Below the pieces are notes generated by a model that did not search any database, was not told where the DNA came from, and saw only the letters and a list, made by a program, of their open reading frames with translations. From Diplonema japonicum (Eukaryota > Protista > Euglenozoa: Diplonemea), in the NCBI GenBank assembly GCA_964019335.1, contig OZ025686.1, forward strand, positions 124,001 to 188,000: a stretch of 64,000 nt of DNA, read 5' to 3'. The stretch's first letter is position 1, and the number at the start of each line of letters is the position of its first letter. Below are positions 12,010-24,724 of the stretch, piece by piece. The position numbers and the translations under genes were made by a program.

Positions 12010-12456
12010 TCATTTCCCCACAAGCTTCTCTAGGTATCTTTTGTGAAATTGCAATCTTTCGGTGTTTGCTTTGGTAATATCTGATTCGTGTGCCCCACAC
12101 TTCTCGGCTATGAGAGCGAGGATCCATTTGTCAAGGAAGTCCGAAACATTGTGTTTCTTCATGTATCTATTTAAAAAAAATTTTTTTTTCTTCCATTTTC
12201 CATACTTAGAATCGTCATTCCTGTTGGCATTCGCTGCCTTTATCTCCTCAGCCTCAGCTTCGACACCGGCGTCCTGCTCACTTAGCTTCTTCTCCACAAA
12301 TTTCAAGCAAAATTCAACCGGATAATCCGGCTGCACCTTCAAAAGGTAGCTTGCTATCTTTTCAAAAAATTCCACTGTATCGCCCTGTCTGAGGTACTCC
12401 TTTGCCTGCTCCACTGCATGCTCGTCAGACAGGATATCACCGTTGTCTTCACCCAT
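12010..12456 (-). CDS. 135-aa protein with two RIIa/Dpy-30-like dimerisation-docking motifs; intron 12167-12205
   Basis: EYLRQGDTVEFFEKIASYLLKVQPDYPVEFC and YMKKHNVSDFLDKWILALI match the Y-L-x-x-x-x-V...L...P-x-x-P-x-x-F pattern. A 39-nt GTATGG..TAG intron removes a K/F homopolymer artefact. Confidence 0.7.
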   Translation of the reverse strand: MGEDNGDILSDEHAVEQAKEYLRQGDTVEFFEKIASYLLKVQPDYPVEFCLKFVEKKLSEQDAGVEAEAEEIKAANANRNDDSKYGKWKKKKFFLNRYMKKHNVSDFLDKWILALIAEKCGAHESDITKANTERLQFHKRYLEKLVGK

Positions 12457-12524
12457 ATTTGTGTCGCTCCTATATAAAAAAAAAATTTTTTTTTTTGAGT
12501 CCGTTTTCTTAAAAAAAAGAACTA

Positions 12525-12902
12525 TCAAAACTCGTATTTTCTGATCATTTTCAAGGCTTTTGTGTATTGGTCGCTCTTGATCATTTCGTTCTTCACCCCC
12601 CTGTCCATAGTTGGTAGTACTTCGTTCAGGGCCTCTGACACCGAGGCCTCTCCATACATGTCTTTAATTTCCTGTGCTGTCTTCTCCACCCCAGGTTCGT
12701 TCCCGCCCACCGCGTGTGCCCCAAGCACCAATGCTAGGCTTCGTAATGTTTTTCCGTGGCCGAAATTCTGCATTGCCTCCATAACCTTATCAGCCTCTTG
12801 ATACAACCCCCCCTTGACGCTGCAGCCCAATGCTGCGTGCATCGATACAATAGAAGGTCTAGGGGGAGCTTTGCTCAGGAACCTCCTAGCTGCTGAGAAC
12901 AT
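12525..12902 (-). CDS. Small putatively mitochondrial PPR-like protein, 125 aa
   Basis: MFSAARRFLS presequence-like start; PPR-like helices (PSIVSMHAALGCSVKGGLYQEADKVMEAMQNFG). Confidence 0.65.
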   Translation of the reverse strand: MFSAARRFLSKAPPRPSIVSMHAALGCSVKGGLYQEADKVMEAMQNFGHGKTLRSLALVLGAHAVGGNEPGVEKTAQEIKDMYGEASVSEALNEVLPTMDRGVKNEMIKSDQYTKALKMIRKYEF

Positions 12903-13316
12903 CTCTCATGCCTGGGAAAATGTGGTATGAAGACCCAAAAGGAATAATAATAAAAAAAAAAGAGTGAACAGAAACAAGGAAAGAAGAAAAAAAAAGGGGC
13001 ATAACAAGACAAGTAGGAAGGCCATAGCATAACCTCTCCTTTCGATTCTTTTTCTTTTTTCTTTTTTTTATTCTCATTTACAAAATACAGAGAAACAAAA
13101 GAATGGGGGGGGTGGATGGACAGTGGGGTGTACAACGATGCAACAGCAGATAATAATTTCGGATGCACATAAAAAAAAAAAATAAAAACATTCGATCGAG
13201 CATGATGGTCCTAACACAATATTCGCAGACGAAATGAAATAACGAGACAGCATCGACAGGTATTTGCAATACTTGTTTTTTTTTTTGATGCCGGGTAACA
13301 CCAGTAAATTTCTTTC

Positions 13317-16300
13317 TTATTTGATAACGCTCCCGTTGAAGGCGGTGCCAATAGCACGTTTCGTGGAGGACCTAAAAGAAGGGTTTAAAGAGGCAGAAGA
13401 GTCTCGCGAGGTTCTGCTCGTGACAGACGGTGGTGGGAGATGCGTGGTGTGGTGATGAGGTGCTCTTGTTGAGAGAATACGATTCTCAATGGCAGCGAGA
13501 CGACGGCCGACCTGTGTGGCTTTTCTTTCCCTCTTCTTGTTTCTGTACACACCGATTCGTCCTTCTTCCTCGAAGAATATATGGAAGCCCCGCTCATCTT
13601 AGATATAGGCGGGCTCACCGATCGGTTTGACTGTTCAAAAAATATTACGTTGTACAATAAATTTAAGTAACATACTAGTCGAGGCGGGCTGAAGGCCTCT
13701 GTTGCCTCTCTGTATCTATGAGGGGGCATGGCTGGTTGTAAGCTGACGGAGTGCTGATCGACTGTTCTATTGTGCAGTGTGTTCTCCACGTGGCGCACTT
13801 CGTTGAAAGCCTGGCACAGCAGATCTTCGATCTGCGACAATCGATCGGTCTCAACAGGTGCTGCGGTCGATCTCTTCAGCTCCTGCTCTACCGTGTGCAG
13901 GCGAGAGGACAGTAGTTTTTCACGCATCACGGCCTCATCATACTTCACCTCTGCCGTCTCGCGCATCCCTTTTAAGTCGTCGTGCATCTTCACCAGGCAC
14001 CTTTCCTTTTCTACAAGGCTGTCGTGTTTTTGTCTCAGCTCTTCTTCGATCGTGAGTTTCTGCTGGAGCAAAGCTTCCTCCATCTCCCTCAGCTTCGCTT
14101 CCTCTTCCCCAAAACCTCTGTTCGCCGTCTCAGTGTTGCTCAGGTGTATTTTCAACGTGTGGAGCTCTTTGTTTCTCTCATCCAGTTCTGCTTGCACGTT
14201 TTCGAGTTTTTCGTCCCGTGCATCGGTGAGGCGTGCTTTCAGAGTGCTCACCTGGAGCTCTGCCTTCAGAAGCTGCGCGTTCAGTTCCTCGCACTGAGTT
14301 GTGGAGGCGGACAGCTTAGCTTGCATTGTATTGCTGCTGGATGTGAGCAACTGGATGCTCCTTTCACAGTCCAGTTTCTGCTGCTTCGACGTTGCTTTGA
14401 TCTCCTCGATCGTCCCCAGCATTGCCGATCCTTGCATGGCACTCTGCGTCAGTTGCGACTCGAGTGTCGCTATGGTGACAGCATGTGCTGCCTGCACTGA
14501 AGATGCGTTGTCGCGCTCTGCTTGCAGCTCCTGCTTGAGAACAGTCACTGTTTGCAAGGTTTCATCAAGCCTAGCCTGCAGACCCCACAGCGTCTCCTCG
14601 TTGCTTGTTTCGTTCTCATCAAGGCTGTGCCTAAGGGCTCGTTCCCTCTCGTCAGCATCTTGTGCCTCTGTCTGCAAGGTGCGCACCTTCGCTTCTAGAA
14701 GCTCGCCTTTCTCGTTAACATCAGCTAGCTCTTGTTCTGTCAGGCGTAACTGCATGAGACTTTCATGCATGCTGGCAGCTTCTTCCTCCAGCTGCCGCAC
14801 CCGTGCCTGCAGCTCACCTTCCCTCACAAGGCTTTTGTTACTAACTTCCAACTGTTTTTTGAAATTCTGTTCATTTTCTAGCAGTCGCTCGGCCTGCGCC
14901 CTGTCTTTCCCTGCCTCTCGTTCCAGCTCTTCTAGCTGCACACCCATGCTAGTGATGGTTTTCTCCTGCGACAGTGCAGCCTCTCTTCGGTCACGCAGCT
15001 CATCACTCTGCTGGCTGAGTTCAGTTTCCATTTTGAAAATGTCATCTTGCAACTTCTTCAGGCTACCGTCCTTTTCCTCCAGTGTTGCAGTCAACCTTGC
15101 AAGCTCCTGTGCACTAGCATCGACGGCTGCCGTTGCTTCTACTGCTTTAGTTTCAAATGACGTTTTCATAGCAACCTGTTGGTCTAAATCCGTACGCAGA
15201 ACAGACAGCTCAGCAGCTTGTTTTTCGTGTTCTGCCTGCAGGCTGTCAAAGTTTTGCGTGTTATCCACTTTGTCGTTTTCAGCTTTTTCCTTCATGACAA
15301 ACAGGGCGGTCCTGGCAGACTCAAGGTCACCCTCCAACGATAGATATTTTGCTTTTTCATCTTCCAGAGCTTGCTGTGCTGCTGTGCAGTCAGTCTGCAA
15401 CTCGCGTCTCACGCCGCTGACAAGGTCTAACTCGTCTCGCACACGGACGAGCTCTTCTTGAGTAGCAGTCTCCAGCGCTGCACCCTTCTCTTCTCTCAGG
15501 CGCTCCATCTCAGCCTGTGCAGAGCTCAGCTTCATCTCCAGCTCTTCAATAGTAGTTGATAGCTGTTCTTTCGTGTGTAGGGCCTTCTCAAGCTCCTCTG
15601 CCTTCTCCCGGAGCACGTCCTCCAGCTCCTTTGTCCTCTCGCCTGATGCTTCTAGGTTGATCTCCTGCAACGTCTTCTCGCTCTCAACAGCGATAAGTTT
15701 GGCTCTTGCTTCCCCTGCTGCTTGTTCAAGGGCAGCAGCATCAGCAACTTTCTCTTCGAGCACCAATTGCAACCTTTCTGCCTCAGCTTTGAACGACTCG
15801 CATTCTGCCGACAGTTTCCTTGCACCATTCTCTGCAGCAATAATCTTTTCGTTGAGCTGCTCTGCAGCACCATCCTTCTGAGCAAGGAGTGCCGTTGACT
15901 CGTCTTTCATCCTTACAAGCTCCTCTTCAAGTTTCTTTACCTTGTTAAATGTTTCACCATGCTCACTTTCAAGCTCAGCCTCGCGTTCCATCACCTCACC
16001 ACGAGCCACCTCAAGTTGTGAAGAGAGATCAGCCTTCGCTGACTCAAGTTCTTCAACAGTGCCACGAAGGGATTCAAGTGCTTCCTCCTTCCTGCCAAGG
16101 TCCGTCTTAAGTGATCGTTCAACTTCCTCCAAGCGGTCCTGTTCATCTTTCAGATTTCTGATATTTTCCCGCAGTTCAGAAGAAGCAGTCTCCTTCTCTT
16201 GCACCTGTCCTTCGAGTGTTGTGATGGTCTCGTTCAGTTCCGTCAACTTTTTGTTCTTCTCATCAAGCATCTTCTGCAAGCCCTCTGCCTCGGTCCCCTT

Positions 16301-19300
16301 CGATGCTGATGCCTCTTTCATGGATGAGAGGTCTTCCTCAACCTGCTGCTTCTCGGACTCTAGGTCCTTGATCTGTGCAATGGCTTTGTTGTGCTCTGAT
16401 TGGAGCTTCTCCTGAGCCTCTTGAAGGGAGTCCTTCGCTTCTCTAGTCTTATTAAGCTGTGATGCAACCGATGCCAAATTGCTTTCCAGTGCTTGCTTCT
16501 CGGCAACAGCAACCTCCAATTCCTTTGTCACCGTGTCTTTGCTTGCGTGCACTTTCTCAAGCCCCTCCTCTGTGTGTCGGAGTTCCTCTTTTAAATCATT
16601 GAGTTTTTCGTTCTTCTCATCAATCACCTTCTGCAAGCCCTCTGCCTCGGTCCCTTTCGATGCTGATGCTTCTTTCATGGATGAAAGGTCCTCTTCAAGT
16701 TGCTGCTTCTCAGACTCTAGGCTGCTAACTCTCGCCTGGGTGATCTCAATATCGCTTGAGAGTCCTTCTGCTTTAGCAAGGGAGTCACTGTGGGCAGCCT
16801 GCAGTTCTTCTTGTGACAGTTTGAGTCTTTCCAATTCCTCCTGTAAATCCTTATTTGTGGCTTCTGAAGTCGCAAGTTTGTCTTTCACATCAGCAAGATC
16901 TTCGCCAGCGTCACTTAGTTTCCCAGCTAGTTGCTCGTATTGGTCTTTCGTTGAGGTTTCTAAATCTCTCTTCGAACCTTCCATGTCCCTCAGCTCAGAA
17001 CGCAGTGCTTCCAATGCTTCCTTCTCTGCTTTCAGATGGGTTTGGCTCTCTTCAAACGCAGCTTTCAATTCTTTTAATTTCTCATTCTTCTCATCAAGCA
17101 TCTTCTGCAAGCCCTCTGCCTCGGTCCCCTTCGATGCCGATGCCTCTTTCATGGCTGAAAGGTCTTCCTCAAGCTGCTGTTTCTCGGACTCCAGTTTCTT
17201 GAGGGATGCATGTTCTGCTTGGAGACTCTCTTGAGCCGCTTCGAGGGTGCTCATTGTGTCCTCATTTTGGGAGACGAGTGCAGCAAGCTCTCTGCTCTTC
17301 GAAGCAAGTTCTTGATTGAGATTGTCTATATCAGTCTTAGCAGCAGCAGCAGAAATGGCTACGGTTTCCTTTTCTTTCTGCAGCTCGTCTTTGAGCACAG
17401 CATACTCGGTGCGCAGCTCGGTCAGTTGTTCAGTTTGCTCATTAAACTTCTCGTGCCTTGCGTTAAGTTCATCCTCCAAATTCTGCCTTTCAGATGCCAT
17501 CTGTGTTAAGATGGCGGTGTGGCCTTCCTCGGAATCTTTTTGTGCTTTTTGTGTTTCTTCCAGCAGCGAAGTAACTTCCTCTAGCCTCTCAGCAAGCTTC
17601 TTTATTTCATCGTCTGAAGCAGCCTTACTAGCTTCTTTCTCATCTTTTAGCATGTCTACTTCATCAGCAGCGGCAGATCGTGCTTTATCCGCAGCTGTAA
17701 GTTGCTCTCTTAGTTGTGCGAGATGCTCCTTCGAGGTGTCCAGCTCCTTATGCAACTCGCCTATGTTCTCACCCTTCTCAACAAGTGTTCTTTGCAACTC
17801 TTCCGCTTCTGCAGATTTGGTGCTGGAAACCTTCCTTAGTGTAGATAGTTCTTCTTCAAGCATCTGCTTCTCAGATTCCAAGTTCCTGATGGAACTCTGT
17901 AGCTCCATTGAAGAGTTCTCAAAACTCTCAAGATTTCTTTTTAACTCATGCTTCGCACTTTCAAGCTCAGCCTCGCGTTCCATCACCTCACCACGAGCCA
18001 CCTCAAGTTGTGAAGAGAGATCAGCCTTTGCTGACTCAAGTTCCTCAACAGTGCCACGAAGGGATTCAAGTGCTTCTTCCTTCCTGCCAAGGTCTGTTTT
18101 CAGGGATCGTTCAACTTCCTCCAAGCGGTCCTGTTCATCTTTCAGATTTCTGATATTTTCTTGCAGTTCAGAAGACGCAGTCTCCTTCTCTTGCACCTGT
18201 CCTTCGAGTGTTGTGATGGTCTCGTTCAGTTCCTTCAACTTTTCGTTCTTCTCATCAAGCATCTTCTGCAAGCCCTCTGCCTCAGTCCCCTTCGATGCTG
18301 ATGCCTCTTTCATGGATGAAAGGTCTTCCTCAAGCTGTTGCTTCTCGGAATTCAGGTTCTTGATTTCACCTTGAAGTCCCACTTGTGATGCCTCCAACTG
18401 ACACACCTTCGCAGAGAATTCTTCGTTTGCTTCCTTGGAACTGTCGAGGTCAGCAGTGAGTGTGTCCAGCTGTGACATAACCCCAGCCAGCTCATCACCT
18501 TTTGCTTTCAGCTCTCTCTCGAGTCGCTCCTGTTCAACCACCGCATCGCCTTTCGACTTCTGCAGAGCCTCTTCGATCTTCTGTTGCTGCTCCTCGAGCT
18601 CAGTCACTTTCTCAAGAGTTTTTTCATGATCGGTCTGGAGCTCCTCCCGAGATCTCTTTGAGCCATCCAGTTCAGCCTCACGTTCCATCACCTCACCACG
18701 AGCCACCTCAAGTTGTGAAGAGAGATCAGCCTTCGCTGACTCAAGTTCCTCAACAGTGCCACGAAGGGATTCAAGTGCTTCTTCCTTCCTGCCGAGGTCC
18801 GTCTTAAGTGATCGTTCAACTTCCTCCAAGCGGTCCTGTTCACTTTCTAGATTTTTGACATTTTCCTGCAGTTCAGAAGAAGCAGTCTCCTTCTCTTGCA
18901 CCTGTCCTTCGAGTGTTGTGATGGTCTCGTTCAGTTCCTTCAACTTCTCATTCTTCTCATCAAGCATCTTCTGCAAGCCCTCTGCCTCGGTCCCCTTCGA
19001 TGCCGACGCCTCTTTCATGGATGAAAGGTCTTCCTCAAGCTGTTGCTTCTCGGAATTCAGGTTCTTGATTTCACTTTGAAGTCCCACTTGTGATGCCTCC
19101 AACTGACACACCTTCGCAGAGAACTCTTCGTTTGCTTCCTTGGAACTGTCGAGGTCAGCAGTGAGTGTGTCCAGCTGTGACATAACCCCAGCCAGCTCAT
19201 CACCTTTTGATTTCAGCTCGCTCTCGAGTCTCTCTTTCTCAACAACCGCATCGCCTTTCGACTTCTGCAGAGCCTCTTCGATCTTCTGTTGCTGCTCCTC

Positions 19301-22300
19301 GAGCTCAGCTACCTTCTCAAGGGTATTATCGTGCTCGGTCTGGAGCTCCTCCCGAGACTTCCTTGAGCCATCCAGTTCAGCCTCACGTTCCATCACCTCA
19401 CCACGAGCCACCTCAAGTTGTGAAGAGAGATCAGCCTTTGCTGACTCAAGTTCCTCAACAGTGCCACGAAGGGATTCAAGGGCTTCTTCCTTCCTGCCGA
19501 GGTCTGTTTTCAGGGATCGTTCAACTTCCTCCAAGCGGTCCTGTTCACATTCTAGATTTTTGATATTTTCTTGCAGTTCAGAAGAAGCAGTCTCCTTCTC
19601 TTGCACCTGTCCTTCGAGTGTTGTGATGGTCTCGTTCAGTTCCTTCAACTTCTCATTCTTCTCATCAAGCATCTTCTGCAAGCCCTCTGCCTCGGTCCCC
19701 TTCGATGCTGATGCTTCTTTCATGGATGAAAGGTCTTCCTCAAGCTGCTGTTTCTCGGACTCTAGCTTCTTCACTTGTACTTGGGCCTCTTCGCAAACAA
19801 CTTCACTTCTTTCAAGCTCAGCTTCTCTATGAGTAACTACGTCACGTGCAGAGGTGAGCTGAGATGTGACATGTGAGACCTCAGCCTCAAGTCCCTCGAT
19901 GGTCCTGTGCAGGGCTTCGAGTTGACCTTCCTGCTTGTCTAAATCGATAGCTAGATTTGTTTTTGCTTTTTCGAGATCTCCTTTCTCGTCAGACAATTTT
20001 GCGATGTCTTCCCGCAAAACTGCAACAGAGCTCTCCAGTTCCTTTCGGGACGTATTGAAGTGGTCTTCAAGCTCTTGCTTCTCACATTCGAGTTTTTTAT
20101 GTTCTGCCTGAAGCTTCGTTTGCTGCTTTTCAAGTCTTTCTCTATCGTTGCAAGCTAATTCCCTTGTATCAGCATCCTCCCGAGCCTGCTTCTCCATTGT
20201 CGCCTTCATCGAGGTCAAGTCCTCATTCATTGCACTCAACTGATTCTTAAATTTACTGTTCGCACTTTCAAGCTCAGCCTCACGTTCCATCACCTCACCA
20301 CGAGCCACCTCAAGTTGTGAAGAGAGATCAGCTTTTGCTGACTCAAGTTCCTCAACAGTGCCACGAAGGGATTCAAGTGCTTCTTCCTTCCTGCCGAGGT
20401 CCGTCTTAAGTGATCGTTCAACTTCCTCCAAGCGGTCCTGTTCACTTTCTAGATTTTTGATATTTTCCTGCAGTTCAGAAGACGCAGTCTCCTTCTCTTG
20501 CACCTGTCCTTCGAGTGTTGTGATGGTCTCGTTCAGTTCCTTCAACTTTTCGTTCTTCTCATCAAGCATCTTCTGCAAGCCCTCTGTCTCAGTCCCCTTC
20601 GATGCCGACGCCTCTTTCATGGATGAAAGGTCTTCCTCAAGCTGTTGCTTCTCGGAATTCAGGTTCTTGATTTCACCTTGAAGTTCCACTTGTGATGCCT
20701 CCAACTGACACACCTTTGTAGAGAATTCTTCTTTAGCTTCCTTGGAACTGTCGAGGTCAGCAGTGAGTGTGTCCAGCTGTGATACAACCCCAGCCAGCTC
20801 ATCACCTTTTGATTTCAGCTCGCTCTCGAGTCTCTCTTTCTCAACAACCGCATCGCCTTTCGACTTCTGCAGAGCCTCTTCGATCTTCTGTTGCTGCTCC
20901 TCGAGCTCAGCTACCTTCTCAAGGGTATTATCGTGCTCGGTCTGGAACTCCTCCCGCGACTTCCTTGAGCCATCCAGTTCAGCCTCACGTTCCATCACCT
21001 CACCACGAGCCACCTCAAGTTGTGAAGAGAGATCAGCCTTCGATGACTCAAGTTCCTCAACAGTGCCACGAAGGGATTCAAGTGCTTCTTCCTTCCTGCC
21101 AAGGTCCGTCGTAAGTGATCGTTCAACTTCCTCCAAGCGGTCCTGTTCATCTTTCAGATTTCTGATATTTTCCTGCAGTTCAGAAGACGCAGTCTCCTTC
21201 TCTTGCACCTGTCCTTCGAGTGTTGTGATGGTCTCGTTCAGTTCCGTCAACTTTTTGTTCTTCTCATCAAGCATCTTCTGCAAGCCCTCTGCCTCAGTCC
21301 CCTTCGATGCCGACGCCTCTTTCATGGATGAAAGGTCTTCCTCAAGCTGTTGCTTCTCGGAATTCAGGTTCTTGATTTCACCTTGAAGTCCCACTTGTGA
21401 TGCCTCCAACTGACACACCTTCGCAGAGAATTCTTCGTTTGCTTCCTTGGAACTGTCGAGGTCAGCAGTGAGTGTGTCCAGCTGTGACACAACCCCAGCC
21501 AGCTCATCACTATTTGCTTTCAGCGCGCTCTCAAGTCGCTCCTGTTCAACCACCGCATCGCCTTTCGACTTCTGCAGAGTCTCTTCGATCTTCTGTTGCT
21601 GCTCCTCGAGCTCAGCTACCTTCTCAAGGGTATTATCGTGCTTGGTCTGGAGCTCTTCCCTGGTGCTTTCTAGCTCAGCCTCACGTTCCATCACCTCACC
21701 ACGAGCCACCTCAAGTTGTGAAGAGAGATCAGCCTTCGCTGACTCAAGTTCCTCAACAGTGCCACGAAGGGATTCAAGGGCTTCTTCCTTCCTGCCAAGG
21801 TCTGTTTTCAGGGATCGTTCAACTTCCTCCAATCGATCTTGTTCACTTTCTAGATTTTCGATTTTTTCCTGCAGTTCAGAAGACGCAGTCTCCTTCTCTT
21901 GCACCTGTCCTTCTAGTGTTGTGATGGTCTCGTTCAGTTCCTTCAGCTTCTCATTCTTCTCACCAAGCATGTTTTGCAAGCCTTCAGCCTCGGTCCCCTT
22001 CGATGCCGATGCCTCTTCAAGCTGCTGATTCTCAGACTCAAGGCCTTTCAATTTTGCAGTTGCGGCGTCATGTTCTGCTTGGAGCCCCTCTAGTGCTAAT
22101 TGCAACGCATGGGTTTGGGCCGTGACTTTTTCCAGCTGGGCTGTTGTTGTCGCAAGACTTTCTTCGAGCTTTTCCTTACAACTTTCAGCTTCGGTCCGCA
22201 ATCCATCATAAGCTGTCTGCAATGCGGTCATTTCCTCTGATGCTGCGTCAGCTTGAGCCCGGTGCTTGTTAAGGTCTTCTTTGTAAGTGTTCAGATCTTC

Positions 22301-24625
22301 AGTAAGCGCGTCGGCTTCCTCCTTCTTTTCGTCCAGTTGCACCTGCAGCTTTTCATTTTCCAATTCTCTTGCAGCTATGTCCCCCTCAAGCTGCTGCTTA
22401 TCCGACTCCAGATCAGTGATAGCAAACGCCAGCCTCTCTTCAGACTCTTTTGAGTTCCCCAGCTTTGCGGTAAGCTCAGCCACACGTTCCATCACCTCAC
22501 CACGAGCCGCCTCAAGTTCAAGCTTTGCTGACTCAAGTTCCTCAACAGTGCCACGAAGAGATTCAAGTGCTTCCTCTTTCCTGCCAAGGTCTGTTTTCAG
22601 GGATCGTTCAACTTCCTCCAAGCGGTCCTGTTCATCTTTCAGATCATTGATAGTTTCCTGCAGTTCAGAAGACGCAGTCTCCTTCTCTTGCACCTGTCCT
22701 TCGAGTGTTGTGATGGTCTCGTTCAGTTCCTTCAACTTCTCATTCTTCTCATCAATCATCTTCTGCAAGCCCTCTGCCTCAGTCCCCTTCGATGCCGATG
22801 CCTCTTTCATGGATGAAAGGTCTTCCTCAAGCTGCTGTTTCTCGGACTCCAGGTTCTTTATTTGAACTACAGCAGCATCATGTTCGGTTTGCAACTTCTC
22901 TTGAGCTTGCTGCAGGGCTGCTCTTGCGACGCTCGCTTCTTCGAGCTCACCCTCTACGCGTGTCATTTCTCGTTGTGTGGTGGTCGTTGATTCTTCTGCT
23001 GCTAGTTGCAGTGTTTCCAACTCTTTGGCTTGCTTTTGCACTGTCTCTTGTTCTACATTAAGCTTCCCTCGCAGGTGCATGCACTCTGAGGTTATTGCAG
23101 TCAGGTCCGTCGACAGCTCTTCAAACTTCTCCTTCTTCTCATCGAGCAAGTTTTGCAGCTCCTCTTTTGCTGTACTCGTAGATGCCGCTGTTTTCGTTAG
23201 GGATTCAAGGTCCTCCTCAAGCTGTTTCTTGACGCCCTCCAGGCTCTGCAGCTCTCTGGTCGTTCCGTCCACAGTAGCCAGCAAGTTCTCAATCTTTGCT
23301 AGCGTGTCATTGTGTTCAGTTTGAATCTCATCCCGAGACCCCTTGGCATCCTTGAGTTCAGCCTCGCGTTCCATCACCTCACCACGAGCCACCTCAAGTT
23401 GTGAAGAGAGATCAGCCTTTGCTGACTCAAGTTCCTCAACAGTGCCGCGAAGGGATTCAAGTGCTTCCTCCTTCCTGCCAAGGTCCGTCTTAAGTGATCG
23501 TTCGGCTTCTTCCAAGCGGTCCTGTTCATCTTCTAGATTTTTGACATTTTCCTGCAGTTCAGAAGAAGCAGTCTCCTTCTCTTGCACCTGTCCTTCGAGT
23601 GTTGTGATGGTCTCGTTCAGTTCCTTCAACTTTTCGTTCTTCTCATCAAGCATCTTCTGCAAGCCCTCTGCCTCGGTCCCTTTCGATGCTGATGCTTCTT
23701 TCATGGATGAGAGGTCTTCCTCGAGCTGTTGTTTGATAGCTTGGATGCCGCTAAATTCGTTTTGCAGCTCCTCGAGTTTTGCTTCTTTTGCCTGTGATTC
23801 CGCGCTGCTGGTGTCGTACTGGGATTGGAGGTCAGTGAGTTTCTGAGTGACTGAAACTAGGCTGGCTTTTGCGTTTTCAAAATCGGAGTCTGTAGCTGCC
23901 TGCCCTTCGAGCTGAGCCGTGAGCTCGCTGTTAGTCTGTTGGAGCTGTGTGATGAAGTCTTCCTTTGAAGAGAGCTGCTCCTCGAGCTGTGAACTCCGGT
24001 CGGCAAGCTGTTTCTGGAGTGTAGTGAGTTCCTCGCGAGATGCACTCAGCTGGTTCTCCACTTCGGTGACCAGTGTGGACTTCGTGTCGAGCTCGCTGCG
24101 GAGCTCATCCATCTTCTCTTGCGCGAGTTGCATTTCCTTCTCTTTTCGTTCGAAGGTTTCTTTGCTCTGGGACAACTCTGCGGCAAGCGATGCCTTCTCG
24201 TTATTAAGCTCCTCGAGCACACCCGTTTTTGAATGCATCGATTCCTCGTGGGTCTGCAGTGACTGAGAGGCTTTCTCAAGCTCCTTCCTCATGTCGTCCA
24301 GCTCGTCGAGCGCCTTGCTACCCTTGTCGAGCTGCGACTTGAGCGTCGTATCGTAGTTAGAGTAGTCCTCGAGGGGCGTGACCTTCGAAGGGGTCATGCT
24401 GCTGGCGTTCAGGAGGAAATTATTTTGCTTGCGGAGCACCGAACTGCTCGCAAGCAAATCCAGCAGCATGTGTTTCTGACTCAGCACATGCTTCTCGTGC
24501 CCCAAACCCACCTCTGCCGCGTTGTTCAGCTGCTTATTCTCGGCAAGCACGCTTTCCATCTGCGTCATCAGCTCGACTATGGCATTCCTCTGCAAAATAA
24601 CTGCATCGTGCCCCCCCTCGGGCAT
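13317..24625 (-). CDS. Giant repetitive coiled-coil protein, ~3740 aa; introns 13631-13675 and 13512-13552
   Basis: An 11-kb open frame of E/K/L/S heptads. First ATG is at 24625, just downstream of a CAG acceptor. Two terminal GT-AG introns move the stop to 13317. Confidence 0.88.
15960..23730 (-). repeat. Intragenic modular repeats: ~390-bp module (about 9 near-complete and 2 partial copies) and a 705-bp higher-order unit
   Basis: Peptide module KQQLEEDLSSMKEASASKGTEAEGLQKMLDEK...VARGEVMEREAEL. Matching antisense ORF starts are spaced 705 bp (18435/19140; 20742/21447). Confidence 0.92.
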
Positions 24626-24724
24626 CCTGAAACCTCCCAATACCTGTATTTTTGTCGTGGTTGTGTAAGGAAGGTGGTATAAGACTAAAAAGAAAACTGT
24701 ACATCTATAGATATTTAGCGCTAT

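Noticed and set aside
15960-23730. Regular repeats as a CRISPR array or satellite
   Set aside because: Repeats are in-frame coding modules of hundreds of bp in a eukaryotic gene.
13770-24266. Many long plus-strand Ser-rich ORFs (and similar antisense ORFs throughout the window)
   Set aside because: Antisense shadows of E/K-rich coding sequence; no independent motifs.
24690-24705. TACAGTTTTCT (minus strand) resembling part of the euglenozoan spliced leader
   Set aside because: Match too short; remaining SL sequence absent.
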